This document shows, in pieces, positions 20,926 through 30,671 of a stretch of 36,594 bases of DNA. The DNA is from Coriobacteriales bacterium. GTDB lineage: Bacteria > Actinomycetota > Coriobacteriia > Coriobacteriales > UBA8131. The notes beneath the pieces were generated by a model that was not told the DNA's origin, ran no database searches, and saw only the letters and a list, made by a program, of their open reading frames with translations. Numbering within the stretch: position 1 is the stretch's first letter; the number at the start of each line of letters is the position of its first letter. The translations under genes and the position numbers were made by a program. The stretch is from contig JAISGJ010000070.1 of the NCBI GenBank assembly GCA_031263105.1, forward strand, positions 1 through 36,594, given 5' to 3'.

Positions 20926-21468
20926 AGCTACAGCTCACACCCCACTGTCATTCCGAGCCCCCACTGTCATTCCGAGCCCCCACTGTCATTCCGGGCCCCC
21001 ACTGTCATTCCGGGCCCCCACTGTCATTCCGAGCCCCCACTGTCATTCCGGGCCCCCACTGTCATTCCGAGCCCCCACTGTCATTCCGAGCCTGCCGAGG
21101 AATCCTCGACCGCGCCAGCGGTCGACCGCTGGTCGAAGGGCCCTCCGGCCTACCGTTGGCTGCTCCGCGTCCCGTGGGCCTGTCGGTTCCATGGGCTCAC
21201 CCGCTCAGGGGCTCACCCGCTGCTCCGCAGCTTCGCCCGGAAACAGCGCAACGCGCTGTTTCCCAACGCAGCCTCGCCCGGAAACAGCGCAGCGCGCTGT
21301 TTCCCAGTCCGCCGGACTGCCGCGCCGTCCTCGCTGAAAACAGACCCGCGGGTCCGCGCAGGTGCCTTACCCGTCCTTCGCTGACGGCGTGCCGCTGGCG
21401 ACCCGTCCGGGCGCTCGGATCCAAGGATCCCTCGACAGGCTCGGAATGACAGCGATGTGAACAGTAAC
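20926..21468. mobile_element. Palindromic MITE/REPIN-like element, copy C (core inverted relative to B and E), with 8 x 19-nt tandem left arm
   Basis: CACTGTCATTCCG(A/G)GCCCC units start at 20943 with period 19. The core is the reverse complement of the copy B core, with internal duplications. Right arm GATCCCTCGACAGGCTCGGAATGACAG. Confidence 0.8.
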
Positions 21469-21627
21469 CTCAGTGGTGAGCGGGTTGCTCGTAGCATGGT
21501 GTGAGTTGCGGCTGAGCAAATGGCAACTTATACTACACAAAGTAGGTTATTTCTACTACAGGTATATTCTCGCATATATGTTTTTGCGGCAAGGGTTTGC
21601 AGGGAAATGGCGATAAGGGAGGCAAGG

Positions 21628-22680
21628 ATGGACAAGCGGCAAAAGCAGGGCATAGACGCGGACAAGCAGGCAGAGACGGGAAGCGAGAAAACGCAAGAAA
21701 GGCCAAGGGGCAAAGCCAAGAAGAGAAAGACGCTTCTGTTCACCGTAGCGGTGCTTGTCGTACTTGCCTGTGCTGTAGGCGTTGTGGTGTTTGTGATGCA
21801 AGGTGCTGGCGGCACCTTGGGGGCATCCTCCCAAGGCGCACAGGCAGCCGATGGCGCTGCAAGCCCGGCAAGCGATCAGAAAGACGGCTCGACCGTCACG
21901 CTTCCGCAAGGTGCTGGCAGCACCCCGGGGGCGTCCCCCCAAGGTGCGCAGACGGCCGATGGCGCCGCAAGCTTGGCCAACGACAAGAAAGGCGACTCGA
22001 TCGCCACGCCCTCAGACAGCACACAGGAGAGCTACTCGGTTGCGCCTAAAAGCAACCTTGACGCTTCTTATGACCTACAGCCGCAAGATGTCGCATCCTC
22101 GATATTCTTCTTCGTGGGCACGATAACAGATGTCAAGGCGGTGCAGGAGTTCACGCCGTCAGCATCCGGTGCCCCCATGTTCTCCGAAGGCTTCATCACG
22201 GTGCGTGTGGAACAGATATATCAAGGCAGCATCCATGAGGCGGGCGACACCGTGGTGCTGTATTGTGCCAAGGCAAACGAGACGGACGCACAGCTCGGGC
22301 CGATGATTGCCGCAGGGCAAAGCGATGCGTTCTTTGCCTTTGCGGTTGATGAGGCCGCCCGTATCCGCTGGGCAAAAGACAATGCGCAATACGCCAAGGA
22401 TTTCTCAAGATGCACACTTGCCCTGGAGAGCACGACAGGCTCAGTGTTTCCCATACGGGAGGGGCTCGTCTGTGCCCCGAAAGGCACCGATGAGACACTT
22501 GCCCCGTCGACAACACTGGAGGCAGATGAGGAGGCAGTCTTTACCAAAGGACTGCGCGCAGACGGCGGCTCATTTGCAAACAGGGTGTATTACACCATTG
22601 AGGACTTTGCTGACATCGCGGCCTTTAGCGCTACGGCCTTAAAGACAAAGGCAGACGAGTACTTGGCTGCACAGGGCTGA
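21628..22680 (+). CDS. Hypothetical membrane-anchored extracellular protein with a 36-aa internal duplication
   Basis: GGAGG RBS before ATG 21628; basic stretch then a single TM; 108-nt imperfect duplication (21799-21906 / 21907-22014). Confidence 0.8.
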   Translation: MDKRQKQGIDADKQAETGSEKTQERPRGKAKKRKTLLFTVAVLVVLACAVGVVVFVMQGAGGTLGASSQGAQAADGAASPASDQKDGSTVTLPQGAGSTPGASPQGAQTADGAASLANDKKGDSIATPSDSTQESYSVAPKSNLDASYDLQPQDVASSIFFFVGTITDVKAVQEFTPSASGAPMFSEGFITVRVEQIYQGSIHEAGDTVVLYCAKANETDAQLGPMIAAGQSDAFFAFAVDEAARIRWAKDNAQYAKDFSRCTLALESTTGSVFPIREGLVCAPKGTDETLAPSTTLEADEEAVFTKGLRADGGSFANRVYYTIEDFADIAAFSATALKTKADEYLAAQG

Positions 22681-22693
22681 GGGGAGGCAGAGA

Positions 22694-23596
22694 GTGGATG
22701 ATGAAGTAACAGGGCAAAAGGTTCAGGCGCAAGAGGCGACGGCACAAGAGGCAACGACGCAGGGGGCTATAGCACAAGGAGCTACGACTTTGAGGCCGCC
22801 CCGCCGCCGCCGACTCGCCATAGTGCTCAGCGTGCTTGCCGCCGTCTTGGCCTTGGGCGCACTGCTGCTCTATGTTGACAGTCAGCTCAGAGGGCCTCGC
22901 TACCCCGACCTGATGATAGAGTCGAGAGCAGTCTATGACGCAAGGATCTATGCCAACAGTAAATTCGTCTTCAAGGGCACGGTACTGGGGATGCGCGAGA
23001 TGCCTTCCGGAGAGGAGATCGAGTATGGCGGCTACGACGGCAACGCCCCCCTCTTCTTCCTTTTGGACATGAGGGTCGACGAGGTCTACGCAGGCGACCG
23101 TTTCCAGGAGGGGGACTCGGCCTCGCTGCTCTATCTGGTTGTCGGAAGCGTCACGAATGGCGGCGCGATAAGCCGACTGGGGCCTGTCGTGGAGGTCGGC
23201 AGGAGCTTCGCGCTTGCCTGCGGGATAAGCGCCGACGCGCAGGCGGGCATACGCTACTACGACCTCATAGCGCAAAGCGACCTGTGCGTGCTCGATGACT
23301 CCTTCTCCTTCCCCGTCAAAGACGGTCTTATCTATGTCTGGTCTGGGCGTGGTTGGAAAAACCTGTTCCCTCCTACCATTGAGCTGGATTTCTTCGAGAG
23401 CAAGGAATTCAATGCGGGACTGTTCTACGGCCTGCTGTTTGACGAAGAGATTCCGGCACCGATTGCCTACTACTACAGCGACGAGGACTTCGCCCGCGCA
23501 ATCGGGTTATTAAGGACGATGGAGCCACAGCCTGCCGTAACCTCTAAGTCTTATGATGCTGGCTATCTCCGCGAAGGTTACCTCATTGATGATTGA
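22694..23596 (+). CDS. Hypothetical membrane-anchored protein, paralog of the upstream gene
   Basis: GGAGG + GTG start; RRRR then a single TM; collinear motifs shared with 21628..22680. Confidence 0.8.
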   Translation: MDDEVTGQKVQAQEATAQEATTQGAIAQGATTLRPPRRRRLAIVLSVLAAVLALGALLLYVDSQLRGPRYPDLMIESRAVYDARIYANSKFVFKGTVLGMREMPSGEEIEYGGYDGNAPLFFLLDMRVDEVYAGDRFQEGDSASLLYLVVGSVTNGGAISRLGPVVEVGRSFALACGISADAQAGIRYYDLIAQSDLCVLDDSFSFPVKDGLIYVWSGRGWKNLFPPTIELDFFESKEFNAGLFYGLLFDEEIPAPIAYYYSDEDFARAIGLLRTMEPQPAVTSKSYDAGYLREGYLIDD

Positions 23597-23662
23597 TGCC
23601 TCTCAAAGAAAGGCTTTGCGTCATCAAATGAACCTGTCGGCATCACCACGTAAGGAGTACCA

Positions 23663-24109
23663 ATGTTAAGACTGAGTAACGAGTCCGGAACCTGCCCTCC
23701 AAAGATATTCGCACTGCTGCTTGCCTGCTTGCTGTTCATATCCTCGCTTACCATCGCAACACCTCCGGCTGCTTATGCCGTTGAGGAGAATGCTCTTTTA
23801 GAGTGGGGGCAGTATTTTGAGAGAACCTACGAGAAGGTCGACGCCTACCACTTCGCGCTCCTTCGCAGAAATGTAAGAGAAAACGGTGAAATAGTAGGGC
23901 AGGTCGTGCCGCACCTTGAGGGTACAATCGTTACCTATGCAATAGAGGACACATCTGGGTGGTCCGACCCGGATGCCCTCAACAGCACGGTGAATCGCCC
24001 CGGGTCTCGTGGAGAGTTTTGCTTCCCTCTTCATGAGACCTTGCGCCTCTTGCGCAGGTCTGCTCCCTCACTATACCATTTCTCCTCGATATATGATGGC
24101 GCCCTGTAG
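23663..24109 (+). CDS. Hypothetical secreted protein, possibly truncated
   Basis: TAAGGAG RBS; signal peptide ending AAYA-VEE; the C-terminal part does not look clearly protein-like. Confidence 0.55.
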   Translation: MLRLSNESGTCPPKIFALLLACLLFISSLTIATPPAAYAVEENALLEWGQYFERTYEKVDAYHFALLRRNVRENGEIVGQVVPHLEGTIVTYAIEDTSGWSDPDALNSTVNRPGSRGEFCFPLHETLRLLRRSAPSLYHFSSIYDGAL

Positions 24110-24204
24110 CTGTTGTACTCTGAGATACGGCAGTTGTTGTACCAGTACACCCATTCTGCGGTCTGCCAGCCCTTCAACTAAGGCAGTGCCGATTCGAACC
24201 CAAA

Positions 24205-24243
24205 GATTCCTCGACAGGCTCGGAATGACAGTGGGGTGCGAAC
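24205..24243. repeat. Solo right arm of the palindromic element (copy D)
   Basis: GATTCCTCGACAGGCTCGGAATGACAGTGGGGTGCGAAC with no left arm nearby. Confidence 0.85.
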
Positions 24244-24331
24244 GGCAGGCGCGTGCGAACGGCAGGGAGTTCCCCGACGGGACGAGGATATAAGGAGGCC
24301 GTGCGAACGGCAGGCGCGTGCGAACGGCAGG
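24236..24331 (+). repeat. Four copies of GTGCGAACGGCAGG upstream of rodZ
   Basis: Exact copies at 24236, 24253, 24301 and 24318. Confidence 0.85.
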
Positions 24332-24400
24332 CATTTCCCCGTATAGCGCTTGCGGGGCGATTGTGAGATACTGGGAGGGTGCTTCTACAGAGGAGAATCT

Positions 24401-25531
24401 TTGGCACAACAGACCTTCGGTAACAGATTGGCTGAGGCACGGAGAAGACGCGGCCTTTCGCTTGAACAGGTCCATGCCCAGTTGCGCATAAGTCCTGCCA
24501 TTCTCGAGGCTTTGGAGACGGAGGACTTCCGTCATATGCCGCTGAAAGGCCATGCGCGCAACATGGTGAGTTCCTATGCGCGCTATCTCGGGCTCGCCCC
24601 CCAGGAGCTCACCGAGCAGTTCCTCGGCGAGTACCACGACTACGAGAACCGCGAGGCCCGCAGGGGCTCGTCCTCCTCCTTCGACATCGACCCTCTCATC
24701 GACCCCGCATCCCCCATCGACCCCCGTATCGACCCCGGGCGGACAGGGAAGTCGCCGAAGGGGCGGGAGGACCATTCGATGTGGAACAAGCCCATCCCTC
24801 CCTCCGAGCTCAATGACCTCCGACGCTCGCCGTACACCCCTGCGGACCCGCGCCGTCCCTCGACCCGGGGAGGGCGAGGGGGCAGCAGGCCCCACGGCGG
24901 CCCGTCGAACGGCAGCAGGCCCCCCAGCAACAGCTACACGACCCCTCCGAGCCTGCCGATGCGGGTGTTCGGCGTCCTGTCCGGGAGCCGGGCGGCGCTC
25001 GTCGTCGTGCTCATCGTCGTGCTCGTCGGCCTGCTCGTGGTCTGGGCACTGGTGTCGAACAGCTGCAAGAAGCAGCAGGACGAGATCATCCCCGTCAACA
25101 CCGGGGCCGTCGTCGAGGTCGACGTGCCGGACGGCACGGCCCCTGAGGACGAGGGTTCCGGCGAGGGCACTGCCGACGGCGACGGCCAGGCCCAGGTCGA
25201 TCCCGACACCCTGCCCTTCGAGCTGGCGGTCGATGTCGCCCCGGGCACCGCGCCATGGACGGAGGTCACCGTCGACGGCGAGTCCGTGCTTGCGGAGACG
25301 CTTGCCGAGCGGAAGACCTGGCAGGTCGCCGAGAGCTGCGTGGTGACGACGGCCCAGCCGGACAACCTCAGCGTGACCCGCAACGGTGCGGCGGTCGAGC
25401 TCACGGTGGACACGGCGACCGGCCTCGCCTCGGTGGAGCTCGAGGTCAAGGCCGCCCCACAGGGCGAGCAGGGCCAACAGGCCCAGCAGAACCAGCAGGT
25501 CGAGCAGGACCAGGAACAGCAAGGGCAATAG
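24401..25531 (+). CDS. rodZ: RodZ-like HTH membrane protein
   Basis: AGGAG + TTG start; FGNRLAEARRRRGLSLEQV...LEALETEDF...SYARYLGL HTH; single TM; C-terminal beta domain (WTEVTVDG). Confidence 0.85.
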   Translation: MAQQTFGNRLAEARRRRGLSLEQVHAQLRISPAILEALETEDFRHMPLKGHARNMVSSYARYLGLAPQELTEQFLGEYHDYENREARRGSSSSFDIDPLIDPASPIDPRIDPGRTGKSPKGREDHSMWNKPIPPSELNDLRRSPYTPADPRRPSTRGGRGGSRPHGGPSNGSRPPSNSYTTPPSLPMRVFGVLSGSRAALVVVLIVVLVGLLVVWALVSNSCKKQQDEIIPVNTGAVVEVDVPDGTAPEDEGSGEGTADGDGQAQVDPDTLPFELAVDVAPGTAPWTEVTVDGESVLAETLAERKTWQVAESCVVTTAQPDNLSVTRNGAAVELTVDTATGLASVELEVKAAPQGEQGQQAQQNQQVEQDQEQQGQ

Positions 25532-25633
25532 GGCCGGCAGGGCTGTCCGGCAGGGCCGCCCGCCAGGGCCGACAGGAACAACGACGGGCCCGGCAGGGCC
25601 CAGCAGGCCCATGGGGCCGGAAGGAAGGACGCA

Positions 25634-26134
25634 ATGGCCAAGGACGAGAGCTTCGACGTGGTCTCAGAGGTCGATCTCCAGGAGGTCGATAACGCCTACC
25701 AGCAGACGCGCAAGGAGCTCGTGCAGCGCTACGACCTCAAGGACAGCAAGGCCACGATCGACTTTGACAAGGGCTCGCAGCGCTTCACGCTCGTCGCGCC
25801 GAGCGAGTTCGTCGCCCAGCAGGTCATCGACGTGCTCAACACCAAGCTCGTGCGGCGCAAGGTCGATCTGAAGAGCGTCAGATGGAGCAAGCCGGAGGCC
25901 GCCTCGGGAATGACGGTGCGCCTCGTCGGCACCCTCGTCCAGGGCATCGACAAGGACACGGCGGGCGCCATCGGCAAAGACATCCGCGCACTCAAGCTCA
26001 AGAACGTGAAAGTGCAGGTAGAGGGCGACAAGCTCCGCATATTCTCGCCGAAGCGCGACCTGTTGCAGGAGGTCATCACCTTTCTCAAGGAGCAGGACTA
26101 CGGTCAGCCCCTGCAATTCGTGAACTACCGTTGA
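25634..26134 (+). CDS. yajQ: YajQ-family nucleotide/cyclic-di-GMP-binding protein
   Basis: SFDVVSEVDLQEVDNA, RYDLKDS, QGIDKD, KRDLLQEVI and LQFVNYR motifs. Confidence 0.95.
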   Translation: MAKDESFDVVSEVDLQEVDNAYQQTRKELVQRYDLKDSKATIDFDKGSQRFTLVAPSEFVAQQVIDVLNTKLVRRKVDLKSVRWSKPEAASGMTVRLVGTLVQGIDKDTAGAIGKDIRALKLKNVKVQVEGDKLRIFSPKRDLLQEVITFLKEQDYGQPLQFVNYR

Positions 26135-27478
26135 GGCCTGCCGTCGCCTTCATAACCCTCGGCTGTGCGAAGAACGAGGTCGATTCCGACAAGATGTGCG
26201 CACGGGCGCTGGCTGCGGGCTACCGCGAGGCCCGAGGCCCCGCCGAGGCCGACGTGGTCGTCGTGAACACCTGCTCCTTCATCACCGAGGCGACCGACGA
26301 GTCCATCGCTGCGATATTCGAGGCGCTTGCGCTCGAGCGCCTGGCTGCGGGCCGGGCCCATCTGGTGGTTGCGGGTTGCATGCCCTCGCGCTACGGCGAG
26401 GCGCTCTCCGCAGGGCTCCCCGAGGCCGCCGCCTTCGTCCCCTGTGCCGACGAGCACGACATCGTCACGGTCCTCGACTCCCTGCCGCCGCTTTGGGCAG
26501 AAGACGGGGGAGAAGGACGGGGCCGTCCCTCCGCCACCCGTCCCCCTGTGTCCTTGGGCCTATGTCAAGATCGCCGACGGCTGCGACCGCCGCTGCACCT
26601 TCTGCACGATCCCGCACATCCGGGGCCGCTATCGCAGCGTGCCGGCCGCCGAGGTCGCCGCCGAGGTCGCGGAGCTGGTGGCCGGCGGCGTGCGTGAGGT
26701 GGTGCTCGTCGCGCAGGACACCGGCATCTGGGGCCGCGACCTCGCCCGCGACGACGACGACGGCGACGGCGCCCGTGGCGCCCGTGACCTCGCCTCGTTG
26801 CTCGACCTTCTCGCCATGCGGTTTCCCACGACGTGGATCAGGGTCATGTACCTCCAGCCGCAGGGCATCACCGACGGGCTGCTCGCCGTCATGGCGCGTC
26901 ATGCGAACATCTGCAACTACCTCGATATCCCGCTGCAACATGCCGATGCGCGCGTGCTGCGGGAGATGGGGCGCACGGGGAGCGCACAGGAGAGCCTGGC
27001 GCTGCTTGCACGATGCCGCGCGGCGCTGCCGGACGTCGCGTTGCGGACGACCGTCATCGCGGGATTTCCCGGGGAGGGGCGCAGCGAGGCCCACAGGCTC
27101 GAGCGCTTCATCGAGGACGCGGCCTTCGACTACGTGGGGGTCTTCCCCTACTCGCAGGAGGAGGGCACCGTCGCAGGGCAGCGCCCCGACCAGGTGCCCC
27201 TGCGCACCCGTCGTGCGCGGGCGCAGCGCCTGCGCGACATCGCGGACGCATGCGGCGCCGCCCGCATCGCCGCACGGGTGGGCACAACCGAGGACGTCCT
27301 TGTCGTCGAGGACGACGCCCAGGAGGGCCTGCTCGGGAGGACGCAGCGCCAGGCCCCCGAGGTCGACGGCATGGTGCATCTCGACAGGGGCGACATCGGC
27401 GAGGTGGTTTCTGCTACGATGTTCGATGCCTGTTGCTACGAGCTGGACGGAAGGGTCACGGACTGTCCCCATGCCTGA
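26131..27478 (+). pseudogene. rimO: Ribosomal protein S12 methylthiotransferase RimO, split by a frameshift near 26490-26556 (real or sequencing error)
   Basis: N-terminal ITLGCAKNEVDS, VNTCSFI and VAGCMPSRY motifs are in the frame starting TTG 26131. The radical SAM AYVKIADGCDRRCTFCTIP and the TRAM domain (APEVDG) are in the +1 frame ending 27478. Confidence 0.88.
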
Positions 27479-28223
27479 CGAAGGACGCTATCGGGAGCTG
27501 ATGACGCCTGCGAACATCGTCACGACGGTGCGCATCGTCCTCATCCCGGTGTTCGTCTTCCTGCTGCTTGCCCCTTGGCCGCAGTGGGTGCCCGATCCGC
27601 TCGTCGCGCAGATGGTCAAGCCCTTGGTCGCGGCGGCCGTCTTCGCCCTGCTTGCGCTCACCGACGGGCTCGACGGCTACCTGGCGCGCTCGCGCAACGA
27701 GGTGACGAACCTCGGGAAGTTCCTCGACCCGCTTGCCGACAAGATACTCGTCACTGCGGCGCTGCTCGCCCTCATCGAGCTCGGTGCGCTGCCTGCGTGG
27801 GTGGCGCTCGTCATCATAGGGCGCGACTTCCTCGTTTCGGGGATACGCATGGTCGCCTCGGTGGAGCGCCAGGTCATCGCGGCGAGCCCCCTCGGCAAGG
27901 CCAAGACCGTGCTGCAGATCGTCGCGGTGATCCTGTTCATCGTCAAAGGAGGCCCTCTCGTCCAAGGCCTGGGTCCCTCGTTCGTGCTGGCGGGCGAGCT
28001 GCTCGCGTGGGGCGTCATGGTCGCTGCGCTGGTGCTCACCCTGCTCTCGATGGCCGAGTACCTCTGGAAGTCCGCATCGCTGCTCGGCCTGCCGCTGAGC
28101 GTCGGCAAGGGGCGCGCCGACAGGGGCACGGGAGGCGGCAGCACGGAAGGCGGCGGTCGGCGCGACGGCGGTCGGCGCGACGGCGGCAAGGGCGCAGGAA
28201 GCGCCGACCGGGAAAAGGAATGA
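27471..28223 (+). CDS. pgsA: CDP-diacylglycerol--glycerol-3-phosphate 3-phosphatidyltransferase
   Basis: [10 protein letters not shown] and [31 protein letters not shown]-alcohol phosphotransferase motif; Gly-rich tail. Confidence 0.95.
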   Translation: MPDEGRYRELMTPANIVTTVRIVLIPVFVFLLLAPWPQWVPDPLVAQMVKPLVAAAVFALLALTDGLDGYLARSRNEVTNLGKFLDPLADKILVTAALLALIELGALPAWVALVIIGRDFLVSGIRMVASVERQVIAASPLGKAKTVLQIVAVILFIVKGGPLVQGLGPSFVLAGELLAWGVMVAALVLTLLSMAEYLWKSASLLGLPLSVGKGRADRGTGGGSTEGGGRRDGGRRDGGKGAGSADREKE

Positions 28224-28735
28224 GTGCGATGGCAAAACGCGACATGGATGCCCTGACGGGCCTTGCACGGGAGATAGTCGGCCTTGCCGATGCGAAGAAC
28301 GTCTCGCTCGGCACTGCCGAGTCCTGCACGGGCGGCATGGTCTCCGCCGTGCTGACCTCGGTGCCCGGCGCCTCGGAGGTGTTCAAGGGGGCGGTCGTGA
28401 GCTATGCGAACGAGGTCAAGGTCTCCCTGCTCGGGGTGAGGAGCGAGTCTTTGCTGAAGGAGGGGGCGGTCAGCGAGAGGGTCGCCTTGGAGATGGTGCA
28501 GGGCGCGCGCAAGGCGCTCTTTGCCGACTACGCGGTGAGCATCACCGGCGTCGCCGGGCCGGGCGGCGGCAGCGCGCGCAAGCCGGTGGGCACCGTCTGG
28601 ATAGCCGTCGCGAACAAGCGCGAGGAGCGGGCCCTGCTGCACCGCTTCACGGGGACACGCGAGCAGATACGCCTAGGGGCGACCGAGGCGGCGCTGCAGA
28701 AGCTGCTGCTCTTCGTTCAGGACACGGTCAGGTAG
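28220..28735 (+). CDS. cinA: CinA C-terminal domain protein (NMN deamidase PncC-like)
   Basis: [27 protein letters not shown] and [20 protein letters not shown] motifs. Confidence 0.93.
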   Translation: MSAMAKRDMDALTGLAREIVGLADAKNVSLGTAESCTGGMVSAVLTSVPGASEVFKGAVVSYANEVKVSLLGVRSESLLKEGAVSERVALEMVQGARKALFADYAVSITGVAGPGGGSARKPVGTVWIAVANKREERALLHRFTGTREQIRLGATEAALQKLLLFVQDTVR

Positions 28736-28865
28736 CGTTCAGGTTCGTGGGAGGCCCGGGTCAGGTCTGCGGCAGCCCTGCGGCAGCCTTGTGGCAGTTC
28801 GGGCCGAAGGCCGCCCCCTGCGGCCGTTTTCTGCCGGGTTCTCCCCCGTGTGCCTCCCGATTCGA

Positions 28866-28894
28866 TTGACACCGAACACATGTTCGTATACGCT
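28866..28894 (+). promoter_or_regulatory. recA promoter with a LexA SOS box in the spacer
   Basis: TTGACA (28866-28871), 17 nt, TACGCT (28889-28894). CGAACACATGTTCG (28873-28886) matches the Gram-positive CGAACRNRYGTTCG consensus. Confidence 0.9.
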
Positions 28895-29015
28895 ATAGGG
28901 AGAGGACGAGAAAGGCTTGCAGGGGAGTCGCGCCCATACGTGCGCCTCGGGAGGTTTCCCTCGGCATCGTGGGCAGGCGTTTTCCAAAAGAGCGACGGAC
29001 AGGATTGGAGATCCG

Positions 29016-30044
29016 ATGGAACAGGACAAGGGCAAGGCGCTCGAGCTCACGACCGAGCAGATAGAGAAGAAGTTCGGCAAGGGCTCGATCATGCGCTACG
29101 GCGAGGGCGGCCCCTCCTTGGAGATAGAGGTCATCCCGACAGGGGCCCTTGCGCTCGATGCCGCCCTCGGCATCGGGGGCGTGCCCCGTGGGCGCATCGT
29201 GGAGATATACGGGCCGGAGTCGAGCGGCAAGACCACGCTTGCGCTCCAGATACTCGCGGAGGCCCAGGCGCTGGGCGGCATCGTCGCCTTCATCGACGCC
29301 GAGCATGCGCTCGACCCGGGATATGCCGCCCGCCTCGGGGTGGACATCGACGAGGTCCTCATATCCCAGCCGGACACCGGCGAGCAGGGGCTCGAGATAT
29401 GCGACATGCTGGTGCATTCCAACGCCATCGACGCCATCGTCATCGACTCGGTTGCGGCGCTTGTGCCTCGCGCCGAGATAGAAGGGGAGATAGGGGACAC
29501 GAACGTCGGCCTCCAGGCGCGCCTCATGAGCCAGGCGCTCCGCAAGCTCGCCGGCTCGCTCGCCCGCTCGAACACCACCTGCATCTTCATCAACCAGCTC
29601 CGCGAGAAGATAGGCGTCTCGTTCGGCAACCCTGAGACGACGACAGGGGGGCGTGCGCTCAAGTTCTTCTCCTCGGTGCGTATAGACATACGCAAGATCG
29701 ATCTCATCAAGAAGGGGACGGATCCCATCGGCAACCGCGTGCGTGCGAAGGTCGTCAAGAACAAGGTCGCCCCGCCCTTCCGTCAGGCCGAGTTCGACCT
29801 CATGTACGGCGAGGGCATCTCCAAGGAAGGCTGCATCATCGACCTCGGCGTCGAGGAGGGCATCGTCAAGAAGTCCGGCGCATGGTTCACCTATGGCGAG
29901 GAACGGCTCGGCCAGGGGCGCGAGGCGGCCAAGGAGCTGCTGCGCACCACCCCCGCGCTCCGCGACGAGATCGAGCACAAGGTGCGCGTGGCCCTCGGCT
30001 TGGTCGCCCAGGACGATGCAGAAGCAGAGAAGCTCTCGTCCTGA
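29016..30044 (+). CDS. recA: Recombinase RecA
   Basis: [40 protein letters not shown] and GGRALKF motifs; GGAG before ATG 29016. Confidence 0.99.
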   Translation: MEQDKGKALELTTEQIEKKFGKGSIMRYGEGGPSLEIEVIPTGALALDAALGIGGVPRGRIVEIYGPESSGKTTLALQILAEAQALGGIVAFIDAEHALDPGYAARLGVDIDEVLISQPDTGEQGLEICDMLVHSNAIDAIVIDSVAALVPRAEIEGEIGDTNVGLQARLMSQALRKLAGSLARSNTTCIFINQLREKIGVSFGNPETTTGGRALKFFSSVRIDIRKIDLIKKGTDPIGNRVRAKVVKNKVAPPFRQAEFDLMYGEGISKEGCIIDLGVEEGIVKKSGAWFTYGEERLGQGREAAKELLRTTPALRDEIEHKVRVALGLVAQDDAEAEKLSS

Positions 30045-30063
30045 CGCGAGGGCGGCGCACGGC

Positions 30064-30633
30064 ATGGAGTCGGCGTCCGGCGTGGGCCCTGTGCCAGCTC
30101 CGGTTCCGGCGCACGGCGTGGAGTCGGCACTCGGTGTGGCCCCTGTGCCAGCCTCAGCCTCGCCTCCGGCATCCCCCTCCGCCGCCTCCGGCCCCACGCC
30201 CGAGGAGCGGCTTCGTGCCGCACGGAGGAAGGCCGAGCGTCTCATAGGCGTGAGGGAGCGCTCCGTAGCGGAGCTGGGGCTCCGCCTCGCGCAGGCGGGC
30301 TTCGAGGAGGCGCTCGTTGCGCAGGTGGTCGGCGAGGCGCAGGCGGCAGGCCTCGTCGACGACGGGCGCTTCGCCCGCCTCTACATCGAGGGGAAGAAGC
30401 GGAGCGGCTGGGGCCGCTCCCGTATCGAGCAGGGGCTTGAGCGCTTCGGCATCGAGCCGGGCTGCCACGAGGGCTGCCCGGCGGCCTCCTTCAGCGACGA
30501 CGACGAGCTCGAGCGGGCACGCGCCTGCCTTGAGCGCTTCCGCTCGCGAGCGAAGGACCCCCAGGCAGCCCGCTACCGCCACCTCCTCTCCAAGGGATTC
30601 TCCCCCCAGATCGCCCGCCGGGCAGTCCTGTAA
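30064..30633 (+). CDS. recX: Regulatory protein RecX
   Basis: RERSVAEL, GLVDDGRFA, GWGRSRIEQGLERFGI and RHLLSKGFS motifs directly after recA. Start uncertain; the N-terminus contains a 54-nt duplication. Confidence 0.85.
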   Translation: MESASGVGPVPAPVPAHGVESALGVAPVPASASPPASPSAASGPTPEERLRAARRKAERLIGVRERSVAELGLRLAQAGFEEALVAQVVGEAQAAGLVDDGRFARLYIEGKKRSGWGRSRIEQGLERFGIEPGCHEGCPAASFSDDDELERARACLERFRSRAKDPQAARYRHLLSKGFSPQIARRAVL

Positions 30634-30671
30634 AGCGCCCGCACGCAGCGCGAGGCTGCGCCCAGGGAGCG

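Noticed and set aside
20943..21104. CRISPR array (also considered for 5729-5855)
   Set aside because: Units are directly adjacent with no unique spacers, are only 18-19 nt, and there are no cas genes; they are expanded element ends.
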